Assembly: GCA_034723395.1 (NCBI GenBank)
Contig: JAYEOW010000018.1
Coordinates: forward strand, 1 to 16,862
Direction: 5' to 3'
DNA length: 16,862 nucleotides
Source of the DNA: Candidatus Margulisiibacteriota bacterium
GTDB taxonomy: Bacteria; Margulisbacteria; WOR-1; O2-12-FULL-45-9
Shown: one piece after another, positions 16,064-16,862 of the stretch
Numbering within the stretch: the stretch's first letter is position 1
Layout of the letters: the number at the start of each line of letters is the position of its first letter
The notes under the pieces: model-generated
Database searches by the model: none
Told to the model about the DNA's origin: nothing
The model's input: only the letters and a program-made list of their open reading frames with translations
Program-made: the position numbers and the translations under genes

Positions 16064-16644
16064 TTATTGTTAGCCTTAAAAGCTTGGTAATATTCCTTCA
16101 CGTTTTTTGTCATTCGTTTGTTATCGTACATTGGTAGCATTGCGAATGCCTTGTCCCAGTCCACGGGAGATAAATTGTCAAAATAATAATCTTTATTGAG
16201 GTAGATAATATCCAGAAAAGCCCTTTCTTTTGTGGCAATGGAATAATTGTTCTTGTCTTCAACACCAACATTATTAGTTAGAATATCGTCTTTGATTTTT
16301 TTAAATGAGTAAGTCTGCCCGTCGCAGACAATCTCTTTGGCCTGATAGGAAGCAACAAAAACCTGACCGTAATGCTGGAAGATAATCCCCGCCTCTGCCA
16401 GGACAGTTTCAAAACTTACGTAAGAGGGAGCAAGTATCTTTGTTGCCAGTTCGAGCTTATTATAATTTTTGTCTTTTGCATAAAGCCCCCGCCGAATCCC
16501 GTATAGTTGGCCATGAGAGGTGTAATAATTGAGCCTCCGCTTCAAGAGCGCGGGGTTATTTTCCCCCGAAGCGAGCAGAATATCCTTGAAAGAAAAAACG
16601 GTCTTATCTGAACGTAAAATATTTAAAATATTTGATTTTCCCAT
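16060..16644 (-). CDS. abiEi: AbiEi-family antitoxin / transcriptional regulator
   Basis: N-terminal winged HTH ending IRRGLY, PSYVSFETVL...GII, IATKERAFLDIIY. ATG 16644 is preferred over the ORF-track TTG 16668. Confidence 0.85.
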   Translation of the reverse strand: MGKSNILNILRSDKTVFSFKDILLASGENNPALLKRRLNYYTSHGQLYGIRRGLYAKDKNYNKLELATKILAPSYVSFETVLAEAGIIFQHYGQVFVASYQAKEIVCDGQTYSFKKIKDDILTNNVGVEDKNNYSIATKERAFLDIIYLNKDYYFDNLSPVDWDKAFAMLPMYDNKRMTKNVKEYYQAFKANNK

Positions 16645-16666
16645 GTTTATTCGCTTTATGAGAGTC

Positions 16667-16691
16667 AAAGGTTACGTATAATGTTACCTTT
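16667..16691. promoter_or_regulatory. Imperfect inverted repeat, candidate AbiEi operator
   Basis: AAAGGTTACGT (16667-16677) versus the reverse complement of 16681-16691, AAAGGTAACAT: 9 of 11 match. Lies just downstream of the predicted transcription start. Confidence 0.6.
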
Positions 16692-16698
16692 AGCTTAA

Positions 16699-16727
16699 AC
16701 TATACGCCGATATGCAAAATATGTCAA
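16699..16727 (-). promoter_or_regulatory. Sigma70-type promoter of the abiE operon (TTGACA-N17-TATAGT)
   Basis: Minus-strand TTGACA at 16722-16727, 17-nt spacer, TATAGT at 16699-16704. Confidence 0.75.
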
Positions 16728-16736
16728 TAACTATAT

Positions 16737-16862
16737 GGCTCCTCAGCAAAAAGTGTGCCAAACTAAACCTCCTAGATAAGTAATGGGAATAAACGCCAGC
16801 ATCATTTTTCTGATGTAAATTTGGACATTGCGAAAGCCGAAACTTAACCGTTTGATCATTTT
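16737..16862 (-). mobile_element. Right end of an ISL3-family insertion sequence (continues beyond the window)
   Basis: Terminus GGCTCCTCAGCAAAAAGTGTG starting at 16737 resembles ISL3 GGCTC(T/C) ends. The transposase stop lies inside it, and the flank is AT-rich (AACTATAT, 16729-16736). Confidence 0.75.
16743..16862 (-). CDS. ISL3-family transposase, C-terminal 39 aa (partial)
   Basis: Not in the ORF track. Manual translation gives KMIKRLSFGFRNVQIYIRKMMLAFIPITYLGGLVWHTFC*, matching the ISL3 C-terminal motif K-x-IKR-x-x-(Y/F)GFRN. Confidence 0.8.
   Translation of the reverse strand, partial: KMIKRLSFGFRNVQIYIRKMMLAFIPITYLGGLVWHTFC

Overview
Bacterial chromosomal window, mostly on the minus strand. 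It carries tRNA and translation genes (5' end of gltX, gatC, gatA, gatB, tsaD), a detached rsmH-ftsL fragment of the dcw cluster, an orphan sensor histidine kinase and a metallophosphoesterase. An AAA+/DUF4143-type ATPase has a perfect 14-bp inverted repeat over its promoter. SppA (protease IV) is fused to an N-terminal FadL/PorV/TraF-like beta-barrel. There are two large proteins I cannot assign (640 aa, and 595 aa with octad helical repeats lying between gatA and gatB), an AbiEi/AbiEii type IV toxin-antitoxin pair, and the right end of an ISL3-family element at the window edge. The most unusual signals are three in-frame repeat insertions inside tsaD (two related REP-like palindromes and one 8-bp tandem array), -10 boxes 6-10 nt upstream of most start codons (candidate leaderless mRNAs), the barrel-SppA fusion, and an excess of CGATCG. 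Gene style suggests a diderm candidate-phylum organism such as Saganbacteria/Margulisbacteria, but this is an unverified impression. No rRNA, tRNA or CRISPR array was seen.
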